DNA from: Carcharhinus amblyrhynchos
Lineage: Eukaryota
Length of the DNA: 64,000 bases
Reading direction: 5' to 3'
Assembly (NCBI GenBank): GCA_965287045.1
Contig: OZ336876.1
Span: 22,196,001 to 22,260,000 of the forward strand
In this document: in pieces, positions 49,546-62,702 of the stretch
Numbering within the stretch: position 1 is the stretch's first letter
How the letters are laid out: each line of letters opens with the position of its first letter
Position numbers and translations under genes: made by a program
Notes under the pieces: model-generated
What the model saw: only the letters and a program-made list of their open reading frames with translations
Told to the model about the DNA's origin: nothing
The model's database searches: none

Positions 49546-52500
49546 AAAGAGAAAGAGAGGTCAATATTTTGGCTCAGACACTTTCTTCAGAACTTTATCT
49601 TTGTCTTTCAAATGCTGCTTGACCTGCAGTGTTTTTCCATCAATGTCTGTTATTGCGCTCACGGCTTATATTTTTACACATTCACTGTTTTCAATACGTT
49701 AAGTTAAGCTGGGTCCACTGGGCAAGCTCCAGACTGCAGATCATAACAAAGCTGCAAATGTTTTCGAGCAAAGCTACAGGTTATGTGACCTACAGGAAAG
49801 ATGAACCTCTGCAACAGAGTTTCAACAGGTGCAGGGTGTAACATTATACCCTGAAGAATTATTAATTGAATAGGTTAATATGAAGAATGTAACCAAAGAC
49901 CAGTCATTAGTCTATTTAAATGTTTGAAATTTTAGGAAAGTGTAAATTCTATTACATGTAACCTGAAGAAGGGTTGTTGTTGGAATCATATTGTTTTCTG
50001 CCAATCAATGGAAACGTTTTTACTTCCACGAGCGCCAATCCCAATCATACCGATGACTAGAGGATGTTTTCAAGGGGTTTTAAAGAGAGGCTGTCAGAAC
50101 AGTGATGAACTACAGCTTGCACACCTGCTCTTCCACTTTGTAAACCAATAAATGCTTGTAGAAAGGTAATGTTCTATTAATTAATCTGCAATAAATCATA
50201 TTACTTCAAAAAGGAGTCACAAAGAAAGACATGTTTAAAAAATGTAGGCAACATGGGGAGGGGAGGAATCCTAAACTTTTGAACCCCATGCACAGCAAAA
50301 CAATTGTAAATGTTTTATCTGAATGATAATGCTCCATCAAGTAAGGAAGTTCAATAATTTTCCCCTTCAATGTTTGTGGCACTTTCACGGCATCCAGTGG
50401 GCGAAATAAATCATGAATGCAACAATCCTCTCACAGACAAATAGCCTATCAAACAGAAGTGATTTCAATGGCTCAGGCACTTCAACAACATGGAAGGTGG
50501 CACATTTCCAAGGATTTTATGTATGGTGACCAGCTAGAGCCAAGAGGTCAGCAGGACACCAAAAACTTCTCAAGGGAAATTAGGGATGGCCAATTCATGC
50601 TGGCCTAGTCAGCGATGCCCACACCCCATGAGTAAAAAGGAGTTGCACTTTGAGCATATTTGCCAATGTGACATGGCTCTAAATATCGATTTCCCACCTG
50701 GGAGACACCAACTGATGATAAGGAAAATGGCGACACACAAGCGGAATACCTGGAGATTGTAACTGAAAACCAGTTGATATTCCCATCGACCTGGGTTGTT
50801 TGAACCTTACTGGAATTAGTTAACACATGGACTGGTTCAGCTGTATACAACAGGAACAACTGACACTTAAAATGGGAAACCAGTTGTGATTTCACTTGGC
50901 AGCCATTTGAATCTTATTTGAACCAGTTGACTTCTATTGGGACAAACTAGCAACCAAACCCAAACTAGTCGACATAGCTGCTCCAGTGATTCCTGGAACT
51001 AGAAACTGTACCTGTTTGAAGCCAACTCAATTGACTGAAAGACTGCCCAAGTTAATGTGCAAAGTGAAAAGGCAGTGACATGTCAGTACACATTTACACG
51101 TCAAGTTTGCAATGTGCTACAAAGAGAACAATGATATTTATCTCCTTACCTTGAATATATGAATGAATACATGACACAGATACAAGTCTATTAATGTTGT
51201 GCATCCAACCGTTTCATGATTTTTCTGAATTTTTGAGTATAGCTGCACCCAAATGGTCACATAATGGAAAATCAGAAACTATTATATTAAAACTTCTCAG
51301 ACATGGAACAAAAATAAAAAGACATTTCTCATTGAGAAGCATGAAAAAAGCAGTTCCAGGATTAATCAGTCCCTTTATCAGTACACTAAGTTGCCATGAT
51401 ATCATGTTAATCAGAACTCAGTGGCAGCATTACTTACACCTACTTGAAAGTGGTTAGCGAAAGACCTCATGTTCTCTGATAACCCTATTAGGAATGGATA
51501 ATGGTAAGAAACATTGACATTGACACCAATTAAGAGCATGAGCTGAAAAAAATGGCAGATTCAAGTGGAGGAAAACTCAAAGAAAAGAACATACAGACAC
51601 AAGAAACAAACATATAAATACAAGACAAGCAGATACCCCCTTGGTGACTGAATACTATTCCCTTCACAAGCCACCCTTACTGCTCCTACTCCACAGTACT
51701 ATCTGGCCACCTTTGTCTTGTTTTCCCCAGATTGGCTGCACCCACCCTTCTTCCTCTTATGCTCTTTCACGTCTGCTTTCACTCTCTCGCAGTGCTCAAC
51801 TCTTGCCGCTTCCTGACCTCCATCATTCCACCAGACCTCTTGTTTCTTCTCTTGCCATCCCTCCGAGCACACTTCTTCTGAGCCCTTGAAGAGATCAGGC
51901 GGAAGGTACCGAGCTGCTGAAGGTTCAGGATGTCCAAGATTGTGGACTAACTAGAGCGCTGTCTAGAATGGAAGCACAGTGATTATATGCCGGCAAGGAT
52001 GAAAAAAAGCATTCAAAATACAGCTTGGGTAAATATTTTCTCACCACTTCCATTAAGAATGAGTTACAAGATCTCAGATCAAAGCTAGGTGAATTCAAAA
52101 GTATCTTCTCTCTGACAGAATTAAGGGGAAGACTGCCTGAACAATGGAGGCCTGAGAGCAACGATGAAAGAGAGGATAGCTGCAAGGAAGATTTGATACA
52201 ATACAGCCTCCTGATCCAAGAAGAAGCAACTGGGACTTTGAATCAGAAGCTAGAGGGAGAAATTGTAAAACTGCCATAAATGGGTGAGATACAACTATTA
52301 TTTTAATGTTACCTAGTACACCTCTTTCTATGATTAGTGCAGCTCTGTCGAACTGGAAAGATGCAATAGAGTGAATTGCATTTGTAGAAATAGCCTCCCA
52401 ATTCTGATGTATGAATGATGAAAATTATTATTCATCGTTGTGCTCAGTGAGCACCACACAAGCAAAGAACACTGGACATGCCAGCACACTCAGCACTACA

Positions 52501-53009
52501 GAATCAGCAAGTCATATGGAGCAGAACGAAGACAGTGAACAGTTGGAGACTGCAGTTGCAAAGTCATGATTCTTAGAATTAATTATCAAAATACTTAACC
52601 CACAGTGTAGGTTTCAGCAAAAAGTGATGGATCACTATGATGGTGGGTGCAGTGTTAAACTTGCCTCCATCACTGATGACTTGTCATTTTGTGAGACTGA
52701 ACTATTGAATAGCCTCACGGAGAGTTTGTAGTTAATCTGAGTCTATATTCAAATTTTACAAGTAAGGTATTGGGTGAGTCATTGATCTGACTTGCAGGTA
52801 ATAATGTCAGGTGGTACTGAGATGTCAGAGGGTGTCTCACAGGCAAAGGTCAAATTCATTCTTCATCAAGTATTTGGAAGTTGGCATATGCGGGTTGGAG
52901 GAATTGATGGGAAAGGTGTTTTACTGCAGGCAGCATTGTGGATGTAAATTCTCTCAGTTCAAGTAATATCTGGAAATAAAGAGCAGGTATCTGGAAAATG
53001 ATGGTGAGG

Positions 53010-53220
53010 TGGACTAACATACTTTAGGAAAGGAAGCTTACCTGATCTGGCCTAAATGTGGAACGATTCCTAACTGCCTACTGAAAAACCTCCTGAATTA
53101 GTCCAACAAGCCACTCAATTATATTGAACCACCGCAAAGAAGAGCCAACATCACCTTCTCAACCCAGTGGTAGGAATAAATGCCAGCCTTGCCAGTTATA
53201 TCTGCATTTCAACAATAAAT
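53010..53220 (+). mobile_element. Deu-type SINE relic
   Basis: ctttaggaaaggaagcttacctgatctggccta...aagccactcaatt...aataaatgccagccttgccag; related pieces at 50560-50635 and 54950-55140. Confidence 0.6.
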
Positions 53221-55209
53221 AATTTTTAAAAGCTTGTTTTTGGTGAGATTCCAGACTCACAGATTCTGAATTTCTCAACACTTACCATAACCACTTAAAC
53301 ACACTCATTTAAACAGGATGACCTATAGCAGGGAATACACAGCCCCAAAACTAAACTGTTTATTTACTTGAAAATCTGCATGAAAACTCACAAAGCCATC
53401 ACTTGACTGTTAAAAGTGCAAATAGCCATGAGCCTCTTTCAAGCGACATCTGCATTGACCTGAAAACCTATTTCTTACAGAGAGAGCCTTATAATATTTA
53501 ACACTAATTCTTAAAACTATAAAGCTTGTGTCCAGTGTAGTGTTTTCCAAGATGCTGATGAAAGCTTTGGTATATCTTTTTACACGCCTCAGGTCACAGC
53601 TCAAAAGGAGGAAAAATAGCTGCTGACAAAGGGAAGACAACAACATGAGGGACACACAGAAAATAAATGTAAATAGTCTGTAATATCAGTGCAATTTCTA
53701 AAGCTGGCATTCTTCCTAGGGTAAGCAAACTGAGTGTATATTACCTCATAGGTAAATAAAGGCAGCTGTTGTTGGTTTAAATCTGTAAAGCACATTCACT
53801 TAAAAAGATGAGTCAAATTAGAATTGTATGTCACCTGTACTGATTAACCATCTTCTGATTAAATGATATAAATGTTTGGAGCACATTATTTGCTGCAAGT
53901 GAAAGTCCTATGCTCTCTAAAGTAAGACAACATGACGCAGCTGCTGGAGAGTTACAAACACAATTTAAAGTCAACACTGCTGAGTTTTAAAGATAATATC
54001 CAAAGCATTTTTGTTTTTCTTTTCAATTTTCTAGTAATAATGTAACAAATATTCCAATATTTATCAAACCTCATTAGGCTAAATGTAAACCCAAAAATAT
54101 CTTTGAATACGGAGGGAATTAGTTATTTAACTTCATTTTTAAAAAATGTTAATGTTTGTTGAGGGCGAATGGAATTTTGTTCAGCAGAGTTTTCTGTGCA
54201 ATGTATGAATGAGTTTAACTGCTTTTCAGGGGCATCTCTAACTTTTTCCTACAAGTTCAAAAAAATTCCAGCGTAGTTTGAGAGAGTGTTATACCAGGAT
54301 AAGTATATATGTCACCGAGGTGCTGTGTCACTGCAAAGGGGCAATTGCTGCACCTGAGGCCAGACATAGCTTGTCATCGATTACAAGGTGAAGCATCAGA
54401 GAGAAAGGAAGACTGATGATAGCAATGACAGTGATTCCACACTCCTCATACCAGCAACAGACAAGTGCAAGAAAGACTTCTGTAGCCCCAGTGCTCATCC
54501 TTTTGTTTTTGTCAGCATTATTACCTGCATCTGCGTTTGACTTTTTTCTTTTCTTTCAAAGTTAAAACAATGCTGGATAAACAAAAGACTCCACCGCTTG
54601 AAGAATGTCCTTGCTCTCGCCGAATTTAGTTGCATGAAATGTGATATAGTTCTTTAGAAAAAAAAAATCGAGTGTTTAGTCTTTATTTTTCTTTGTGATA
54701 TTTATCTGAGCATTTAGTACGGTGATGATATGGAAATGCTGATATAAGCAAGGCTACTTACAGTAACACTTCCAGTGTGCACAGGCTTCATTTAAAAATA
54801 ATACTCTTTTCCACTCCTGTCCTCTCCAGTTTGCATGTTTGGGAAAAGTTTCATCAGTGCTGCCTGCGCTTAATGCTTACCCGATGAGGCGTTTCTCATT
54901 TCTCCTTGGGAAGTGCAGGAGTTGAACGGCTGCAGCACTGGATTAGCAACTCAGGGGTTCCGGTGAGTTCAAATCCTACCATGGCAAGTTGTAAAATGTC
55001 TTTAAATCTGGCAGTTTATGGGATAGTATCAGAAAGTGATCTTGCAAACTGCTTGTTGGCTTTAAAATAGAAGACAACTGGTACACTAATGTGCTTCAGG
55101 GAAAGGAAGCTACTATGTCTATATGGTCTTGTCAAAATGCTATTGATTCTTAACGCCTGCAGCTTTCCCAGGGAGGAGCAGTAGCTTGTTTCCATTGTCC
55201 TTAAAGCAA

Positions 55210-56390
55210 ATAGAACCATAGAACCACAGAAAATTACAGCTCAGAAACAGGCCTTTTGGCCCTTCTTGTCTGTGCCAAACCATTTTTTGCCTTGTCCCAC
55301 TGACCTGCACTTCGACCATATCCCTCCACACCCCTCTCATCCATGAACCCGTCCAAGTTTTTCTTAAGTGTTAGAAGTGACCCCGCATTTACCACTTTAT
55401 CTGGCAGCTCATTCCACAGTCCCACCACTCTCTGTGTGAAGAAGCCTCCCCCCTTCATATTCCCTTTAAACTTTTCTCCTTGTTTTTCTCCAAAAAAAAC
55501 AAATGATTTGTTTTTTTAACCCAGACAATGGGGCTGATTTTCCTGGATTTATTAGATGTACTGTGCACAGCATCTAGAGATTTTGTGTATCTGAGGAAAT
55601 TGGTTTAATTTTCCCGTCAGTATTTTATATAATTGGAAACTCATCCATTTGGCCTCTTTGCACTGCTCCCCCCTCCCCTCGCAGGCATTTAAAACACCCA
55701 CATGCAATAGCAGGAAAAACAGTCCCAGTGAAAATCAAATAGCTGTTTGGCTTTGGTCAACATAACAACCAAGTCTGAGCCTGTCCTCAACTGATTGTTC
55801 ACACACGTCCACTTTGCAATCACTGGATAGAGATCAGGAGCGAGAACTGAGCCTGAAGAATCCCCGAGAATCATAGAATGGTTATAACATACAAGGAGGC
55901 CAATTGCCCTGTTGTGCCATGTTGGTTCTTTGTGAGATTAATTCAACTAGTCCCACTGCCACACTCTGGCCCCAAGGCCCTGTAATTTTTTATTTTAACT
56001 TTCAGGTTCTCTTTGAGAATTCCATTCTCTTTGAAAGCCCCAATTGAATCAGCCTCCATCACATTCTCAGGCAATGCATTCCAAATGTTAACCACTTGTT
56101 GCAGGAAACCTTCTTTTTCTGATTGCCCTTTCTTTTTTTGACAATCGCTTTAAATGCCCACCCTTCTGGGTCTTTCCAGATTGAGAAGTAGGTTTAAAAT
56201 CCCCTGCATCCCCATGGCTGTCATGGCCATCATAGCAGCTTGAAATAGAACATAGAACATAGAAAAACTACAGCATAAACAGGCCCTTCAGCCCACAAGT
56301 TGCACTGAACATCTCTACCTACCACCCAGTCCAGGCAACATCCTTGTAAATCTCCTCTGCGCCCGTTCAATGGGTGCAGAGGAGATTATT
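55210..56390 (-). mobile_element. Cluster of three CR1 3' fragments (55210-55480, 55870-56150, 56245-56388)
   Basis: Tail complements tagaaccatagaacc, gaatcatagaat, tagaacatagaacat; FFTQRVVGLWNELP peptide. Confidence 0.8.
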
Positions 56391-57869
56391 GCTGAATACT
56401 GTTGCTCAGGTTGGGCCCTGACTCCTAAACTGCATTTGCACTACAAAAATGAACAAACAAGATAAAACAAGTGGTAAAACACAAATGATGAAGTCAGTTC
56501 AATCAAATTGTTTCACACAAAGAAGTATGCGCAACGTCATGCTCATTCTATCTCTTGCAAATTAAATTGCCGTTAAAAGGTCTTTGAGTCCAAATCATAA
56601 CTGATGCTGATGAAACTATTGCTTGACTGAAATAGCAGCCAGTTGCAGCCAGTTGCAGCCTGCACTGGCAGATACACAGGGAGTGATTTTCCCAAGAAAG
56701 GGGATATGATCAGCAGCAAGTTAGCCATCACTTTTATACCCCACAGACAAAGAACATTGGACATGACAGCACACATTCAGACACATCTGCAAAGGATCTT
56801 TGAGAACAGCCTATCTTCCCACCAATAAAGCAATGGCAGGACTTTCCTGCCCTGGCTGGTTTCGTCAAAGGTCAATCCCCGGTGATGGTTCCCCCGATGA
56901 CAGGGTCCAAAAATGCCCAATATCCGTTGAGAAGAGTTAGCGATCTGGCCAACTGAACTAATCGGCACTCTTGTGAGGAATGTCAACTTAGAAATGACCT
57001 CACTCTGGAATTTAGATATAGAGCCAATGGCAGGAATACCTGCTGTGCCAAAACTGACATGTGAGAGGATCAGACAGAATCTTACATCGTTAGGACATCA
57101 CCAGCACGCTGAGGAAGCTTGTCCTGTTCAAAAAGGGTAGTGTGCTAAGAACAGAAAAGTTGGCGCGGGTATGGGGTGGGGAGATGCCAGCTTTGGACCT
57201 ACAATGAGTTTGGTGGGGGAAGAGGGGAGGCAAGGTGATTGAAGGTGATGATGATTAGTGAAAGGCAGAGACTCGCTCTCTCACCGGGGGGCTGGGAGGA
57301 GCACTGCCGATCTCCCTGGCTCCATGTTGAAATGATGGTTTTAACTGTTCCTTTTTGATGGGGCTTCCAATGGTCCCTTTGAGGACTGCAGCTGTAGTAG
57401 CTTCGGAAGTGACAAATTGTGGCTTCAAGTTATAACTAATTTATTATCAACAATATTTATATATGCACAACAATCAAGGGTCTGACAGAGCAGCAATACA
57501 CGTCTACTCTCCTCCCTGGCTCCAAGTTGGGTTTTTCCCCGACCCAGGATGTGCATCTTTTGGCACCTGATGGGCTTGCCCTCCCGTGCTCCCTCTCCAT
57601 AGGGTCCAGCCTGATCACGTGGCTCTCAAGGATTGCTTCCTTAAAGGGGCCACAATATCACAGCAGTATTGACTTGTTTTGCTGTAAGGAAATTCATTCC
57701 AGCACGCATAATGCCAGCTATGGCCAGCTGTAATCCACTTTTGCAAAGATACCTGAAATCACCTATGCTTGCTAATTTCAGATGACCCCAAGGAGCTCTA
57801 ATCGAGTTGATATGTGATGCTCTCCACATGCCACACTTAACTTTCATCGTTTGTATCACTTCCCAGAGA

Positions 57870-58560
57870 AAGGGATATAGTGCCATCTAATTTACTATGA
57901 TACTTAGGAGACAACCTCTTCAACTTGAGACGACTGAAATCCTCAACTATAGTATCAGAGAAGATAAGGTGGAAATTGCAATTTGACAATGATTGTGTCC
58001 TTGTATCACACTGTGAGCTTGCCCTTCAAAGGATCAAAAGAAATTGGTGGGTATGGGATGATCATCAACTTCAGGAAACCATAGATACATCAACTTCCAC
58101 TGAATTCTGACTGAACCCTATCTATTAAAACTATTAATGACACATTTCAAAAACCCATCTACAGAAATATCTGCATTGGTAGTGAGGTGGCAAATAGAAT
58201 TTCCACGGCTAGCTCAGCATTTAACTATTTATGCAAAGGAGTATTATGCAACAAGATATTGTCAAACTTACAACATTTTCTGTGTACAAAGTTATGGTAT
58301 GACTTACCCTCTTATGTGCCTGTGAGATGTGGACTGCCTCTCCAGATGTATTAAGTAGTTGGACAGGTTTCACATGAGATGTACTCAGAACAACATAAGC
58401 ATCAAATGGAAGGTGAAAGTGTTCGACACTGAGGTACTTCAAAGAGGACAGATATCTAGAATAGCTTGGCTCAGATGGAGTAAACATGCTATATTTATGA
58501 CTGATGATAAGATCTCTAATGAGTTTGTCATGTACTCACAACTGCTTGTGAGATCTTTCA
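57870..58560 (+). mobile_element. RTE-clade RT relic
   Basis: LQFDNDCVLVSH (FADDCAL-like) and RFHMRCTQNNISIKWKVKVFDTEVL. Confidence 0.65.
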
Positions 58561-58766
58561 GTCAGTAGTGGAGTGGGTGTACCTGCCAATGACTGCAATT
58601 CAAACTACCATCACCATTTTAATCTGATCTCAACTCAAATGGGGATCTAGCAGTGTTAGGAGGTGTACTGCTGAAATGTAATTCCAGCAAAGACATGCCC
58701 CTTAAGATCCATCTTCCAGTAATTGACTTACAGAGGTTTTAAATGGAGCTGTCACCCTTAAAACTG

Positions 58767-59072
58767 ATGTGGAGATGCTGGTGTTGGACTGGGGTAAACT
58801 CAGCAAGAAGTCTGACAACATCAGGTTTAAGTCCAACCAATTTATTTGATAGTAAACTCACAAGCTTTTGGGGTTTGCCCTTCATCAGGTGAACGGAGAG
58901 TTCTGGCCTCTGACAGAGCATATAAAGCACAGACTGTCTGTGTTATATGCTCTGTCTGAGGCCAGAACTCTCCATTCACCTGATGAAGGGCAAACCCCAA
59001 AAGCTCGTGAGTTTACTATCAAATAAATTGGTTGGACTTAAACCTGATGTTGTCAGACTTCTTACTGTGTTT
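58767..59072. mobile_element. Fold-back Penelope-like element with hammerhead motifs, 13-bp TSD
   Basis: Arms ~58792-58934 and 58936-59076 are near-perfect reverse complements; ACCCTTAAAACTG at 58754-58766 and 59073-59085. Confidence 0.85.
58975..59011 (+). ncRNA. Minimal type-I hammerhead ribozyme-like motif (GAAA box reads AAAA)
   Basis: ttcac CTGATGA agggcaaacccc AAAA GC TC gtgag: stem I ttcac/gtgag, stem II ggg/ccc, palindromic AGCT stem III; mirror copy at 58857-58893 (-). Confidence 0.6.
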
Positions 59073-59094
59073 ACCCTTAAAACTGCACAACCCA

Positions 59095-59520
59095 ATCCCA
59101 CCAACAATGTTTACCCCCCTCCTCACATACCCTTGACATTGTTCACCCGATGACATTGGTCACTCCATCAACCTCCAAAAAAGCTCACCCTCTCTCCTCA
59201 TCCCTGACCATCTTCACATCTAACAATTCCAAAACCAATGACAATGCTCACCCTACCTTCCTCACCCCCTGACAATGCTCACCTCCTTCACTCACCCGAC
59301 AGTGTTCATCCTTTCCCACACCCCCTGACAAAGTTCACCTCTCTCCAGCTCCCAGTTCACTCTCCCTCTCCTAAACCAAATAAAATTCACTGTACTTCCT
59401 GCACACCTTCTGACAATGCTGACTGTTCTTGCATCAGCCAGATAAGAGCCAGGGATTCCAGAAGATGAGGCAGGAGAGAGGGTAAGCATTGTTGGGACTA
59501 TGGATGAACATTGTCAGAGT
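59095..59520. repeat. Degenerate ~25-bp tandem repeat (ccctgacaatgctcaccctctctcctca-like) with inverted units at the right end
   Basis: Recurring tgacaatgctcacc motif across 59100-59420; reverse-complement units at 59465-59520. Confidence 0.65.
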
Positions 59521-59559
59521 GGCTAAATGTTGTCGAGATGGTTGGATATTGTTGGGAGT

Positions 59560-61565
59560 AATAGAGTCATAAAGGTTTACAGCATGGAAACAGGCCCTTT
59601 GGCCCAACTTGTCCATGCTGCCCTTTTTTTTAACACCCATAAACTAACCCCAATTGCCTGCATTTGGCCCATATCCCTCTATACCCATCGTACCCATGTA
59701 AATATCTAAATGCTTTTTAAAAGATAAAATTATACCCGCCTCTACTACTACCCCTGGCAGCTTGTTCCAAACAATCACCACCCTCTGTGTGAAAAAATTG
59801 CCCCTCTGGACACTTTGTATCTCTCCCCTCTCACCTTAAACCTATGCCATCTAGTTTTAGACTCCCCTACCTTTGGGAAAAGATATTGACTTATCTACAT
59901 TGTCTATGCCCCACATTATTTTGTAGACCTCTATAAGGTCACCCCTCAGCCTCCTATGCTCTAGAGAAAAAGTCCCAGTCTATTCAGCCTCTCCTTATAA
60001 CTCAATCCATCAAGTCCCAGTAGCATCTTAGTAAATCTTTTCTGCACTCTTTCTAGTTTAATAATATCCTTTCTATAATAGGGTAACCAGAATTGCACAC
60101 AGTATTCCAAGTGTGGCCTTACCAATGTCTTGTACAACTTCAACAAGACATCCCAACTTCTGTATTCAATGTTCTGACCGGTGAAACCAAGCAAGACACA
60201 GGAACAGAATTGCAGAGTATTATTTAAATGGTGATAGGTTGGGAATTGTTGACATACAATGGAACTTGGGTATCCTAGTACACCAGTCATGGAAAGCAGG
60301 TGAGCAGTTAGGAAGGCAAATGAAACGTTGGCCTTCATTGCAAAAGGTCTTGAGTACAGGAGCAAGATGTCTTACTGCAGCTTAACAGGACCTTGGTGAG
60401 ACCACACCTGCATGCAGTTTTTGTCTCCTTATCCAAGAAACAATATACTCTCAATAGGAGAAGCACAGCAAAGGTTCATCACACTGATTCCTGGGATGGC
60501 AGGACTGTCCTATGAGGAGAGACTGGGTCAGCTGATTCTGTATTCACTGGAATTTGGAAGAATGAGAGGAGATCTCATTGAAACATAAAATTCCAACAGC
60601 ACTGGACAAATTAGAAACAGAGGTGTTGTTTCCTCTTGCTGGAGAATCTAGAACAAGGGAGGGGGAGTCACAATCTCGGGATGTAGAGTAGGCTATTTTG
60701 GGACTGAGTTGAGGAGAAATTGCTTCGTTCAAAGAGCATAATTCTCTACTACAGAAGGCTGTGGAGGTCAATTCACTGAACATATTTAAGAGAAAATAGA
60801 TAGATTTCTAAACTCTGAAGGTGTCAAGGGGTATGGGGAGGGAACGGGAGTATGGTGTCGAGATACAGGATCAGCCACAATTATGTTGCATGGTGGAGCT
60901 GGCTCAAATGCTTGTTTCTATGTTTCATAAGGGATCCTGGGCATATATAAATGAGGATTATAGAATACAAAAGCAAAAATAATTATGGCAAATCTGTGTA
61001 AATAATTGGTTTGGCTTCAACTAGAGTATTGTGTTCAATTCACCGCAACACACTTTAGGGAGGGTTTGAGGGCGCTGGGAAAGGCGCTAGCAAAAAATTA
61101 TGGGAAAGGTTTCAGGGATGAGGGACTTCAACTACACGATTGATAGATTGGAGAAGCTGGGCCTCCTCTCCACAAAGAGAAGGTGAAGAAGAAAGTTGAT
61201 AGGAACATTCAAAATCATGAGGGGTCTGGACAGAGTAGATAAAGAAAGATCGCCCTTGTTGGCAGAAGGATCAAAAGCCAGAGAGGACAGATTTAAGGTG
61301 ATTGACAAGAAAAAAAACAAGAAAAACCTTTTTATGCAGTGGGTGCTTAGGATGTGGAATGTGCTACCTGAGATTGTGCCAGAGATAGGTTCAATTATGG
61401 CTTTCAAAAACGAATTGGGTAAGGACTTGAAGAGAAAAAGATTGCAGGGTTATGGGTAAAAAGCAGATGAATGGGGCTAACTGGGTAGCTCTTCTACAGA
61501 GAATCAGTATGGAGAAGATGGCCAAATAGCCTCCTCCTGCATTGTAATCATTCAATGATTCGATG
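59560..61565. mobile_element. Three CR1 3' fragments: 59560-60195 (-), 60197-60925 (+), 60930-61565 (+)
   Basis: LVRPHLEYCVQFWLPYYRKD on the - strand; older + strand RT C-terminal and 3' UTR pieces. Confidence 0.85.
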
Positions 61566-62062
61566 ATTATACACAACGCAATTTGAGTAAATAGAGAAAA
61601 CCGTCCCTTTGTCTTAATTTTAGAAGGTGACTTGAAGGAGGGGGGAGGGTCTTAGCATTTTTTTTGCTACCAGCATGCTACCTATCTACGTCAGCTTCAA
61701 CGCAAACGTCAACGAGATCACAATCTCCAACTATAACAACCTTGCTGCAACCACATAGTTTGAATATGGAAGGTTGCAACATTGATTTATCAAACAAATT
61801 ATTCTGTTTTTGTTCTGCTGAAAGATTATTGGTCTAAAAAACTGGGAGATAGTTGAACTCAGTGATGCCCAGGGAACGGATGAGTTCAGTAGCAGGTGGG
61901 AAACCTGGACATTCCTGTAGCACATTTGTCAGTGGCTATTTCAGCCAGCGATTTCCAATTTTCCTGATTAATTAGCACAAGCTGTTGTGATTGTGACTTT
62001 TAGCTGAAATATTTAAAGGTGTACTGCAAACAGGATAGTTGAAAGATTGTTCCACATGGACG

Positions 62063-62615
62063 AGGGGGTCTTGTGGAGCAGTGGGTAATGTCCCTGCCTC
62101 TGATCCAGAAGCTCCAGGTTCAAGTCTCTAACCAGGATTTGATACTCAAGAAAGGTGCATTTATAACATGGTTAAACAGGTTGAGTATCAGTCTGCAAAT
62201 CCTCCCAGCCCACGCCAATGGCAGGTGGTAAGAGTGGGAGAAGTTCCTCTGGTCAGCATTTGATAAAAAGAACATTGGAGTCTTCACCATCATGGTTCAT
62301 AGCTCCAAACTACAACAGACATGCAAAGATGCATGTTGCCACCGAAACTCAGTAACTATGAGCGACACAGTGGCAATAGATCGTGAAAGGGTAAGGTTTG
62401 TGTTAATCCTGTTTAAGAGGCATTGAGAGTTTAGCACTGCTGCCTCACTGCATCAGGAACCCGGGTTCAATTCCGGCCTTGAGTCACTGTCTATGAAGTC
62501 TGCACGTTCTCCCCCCGTGTGGGTTGCCCCCGGGTGCTCTGGTTTCCTCCCACAGCCTGCTGGGCAATGGCCACGTTAGATTCTCCCTCAGTGTGCAGCA
62601 CTAATAAATAAACTG
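62063..62615 (+). mobile_element. Second-family tRNA-SINE (62063-62345) and HE1-like SINE (62428-62615)
   Basis: Homology to 13449-13760; ttagcactgctgcctcac...ggttcaattcc head with ctaataaataaact tail. Confidence 0.7.
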
Positions 62616-62663
62616 GAAGTCAAACTCCCGGGGCGAACTGTAACACATTGTCAGGTGCATGAA

Positions 62664-62667
<4 letters not shown>

Positions 62668-62699
<32 letters not shown>
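62668..62699 (+). repeat. (CA)n microsatellite
   Basis: About 16 consecutive CA units. Confidence 0.95.

Positions 62700-62702
<3 letters not shown>

Noticed and set aside
52025-52279. 84-aa coiled-coil-like ORF
   Set aside because: Possibly a decayed L1 ORF1 fragment, but it has no diagnostic motif or splice signals.
53410-53655. Minus-strand ORF; an alternative frame has an in-frame TGA (selenoprotein idea)
   Set aside because: No recognisable homology or SECIS element seen; more likely non-coding.
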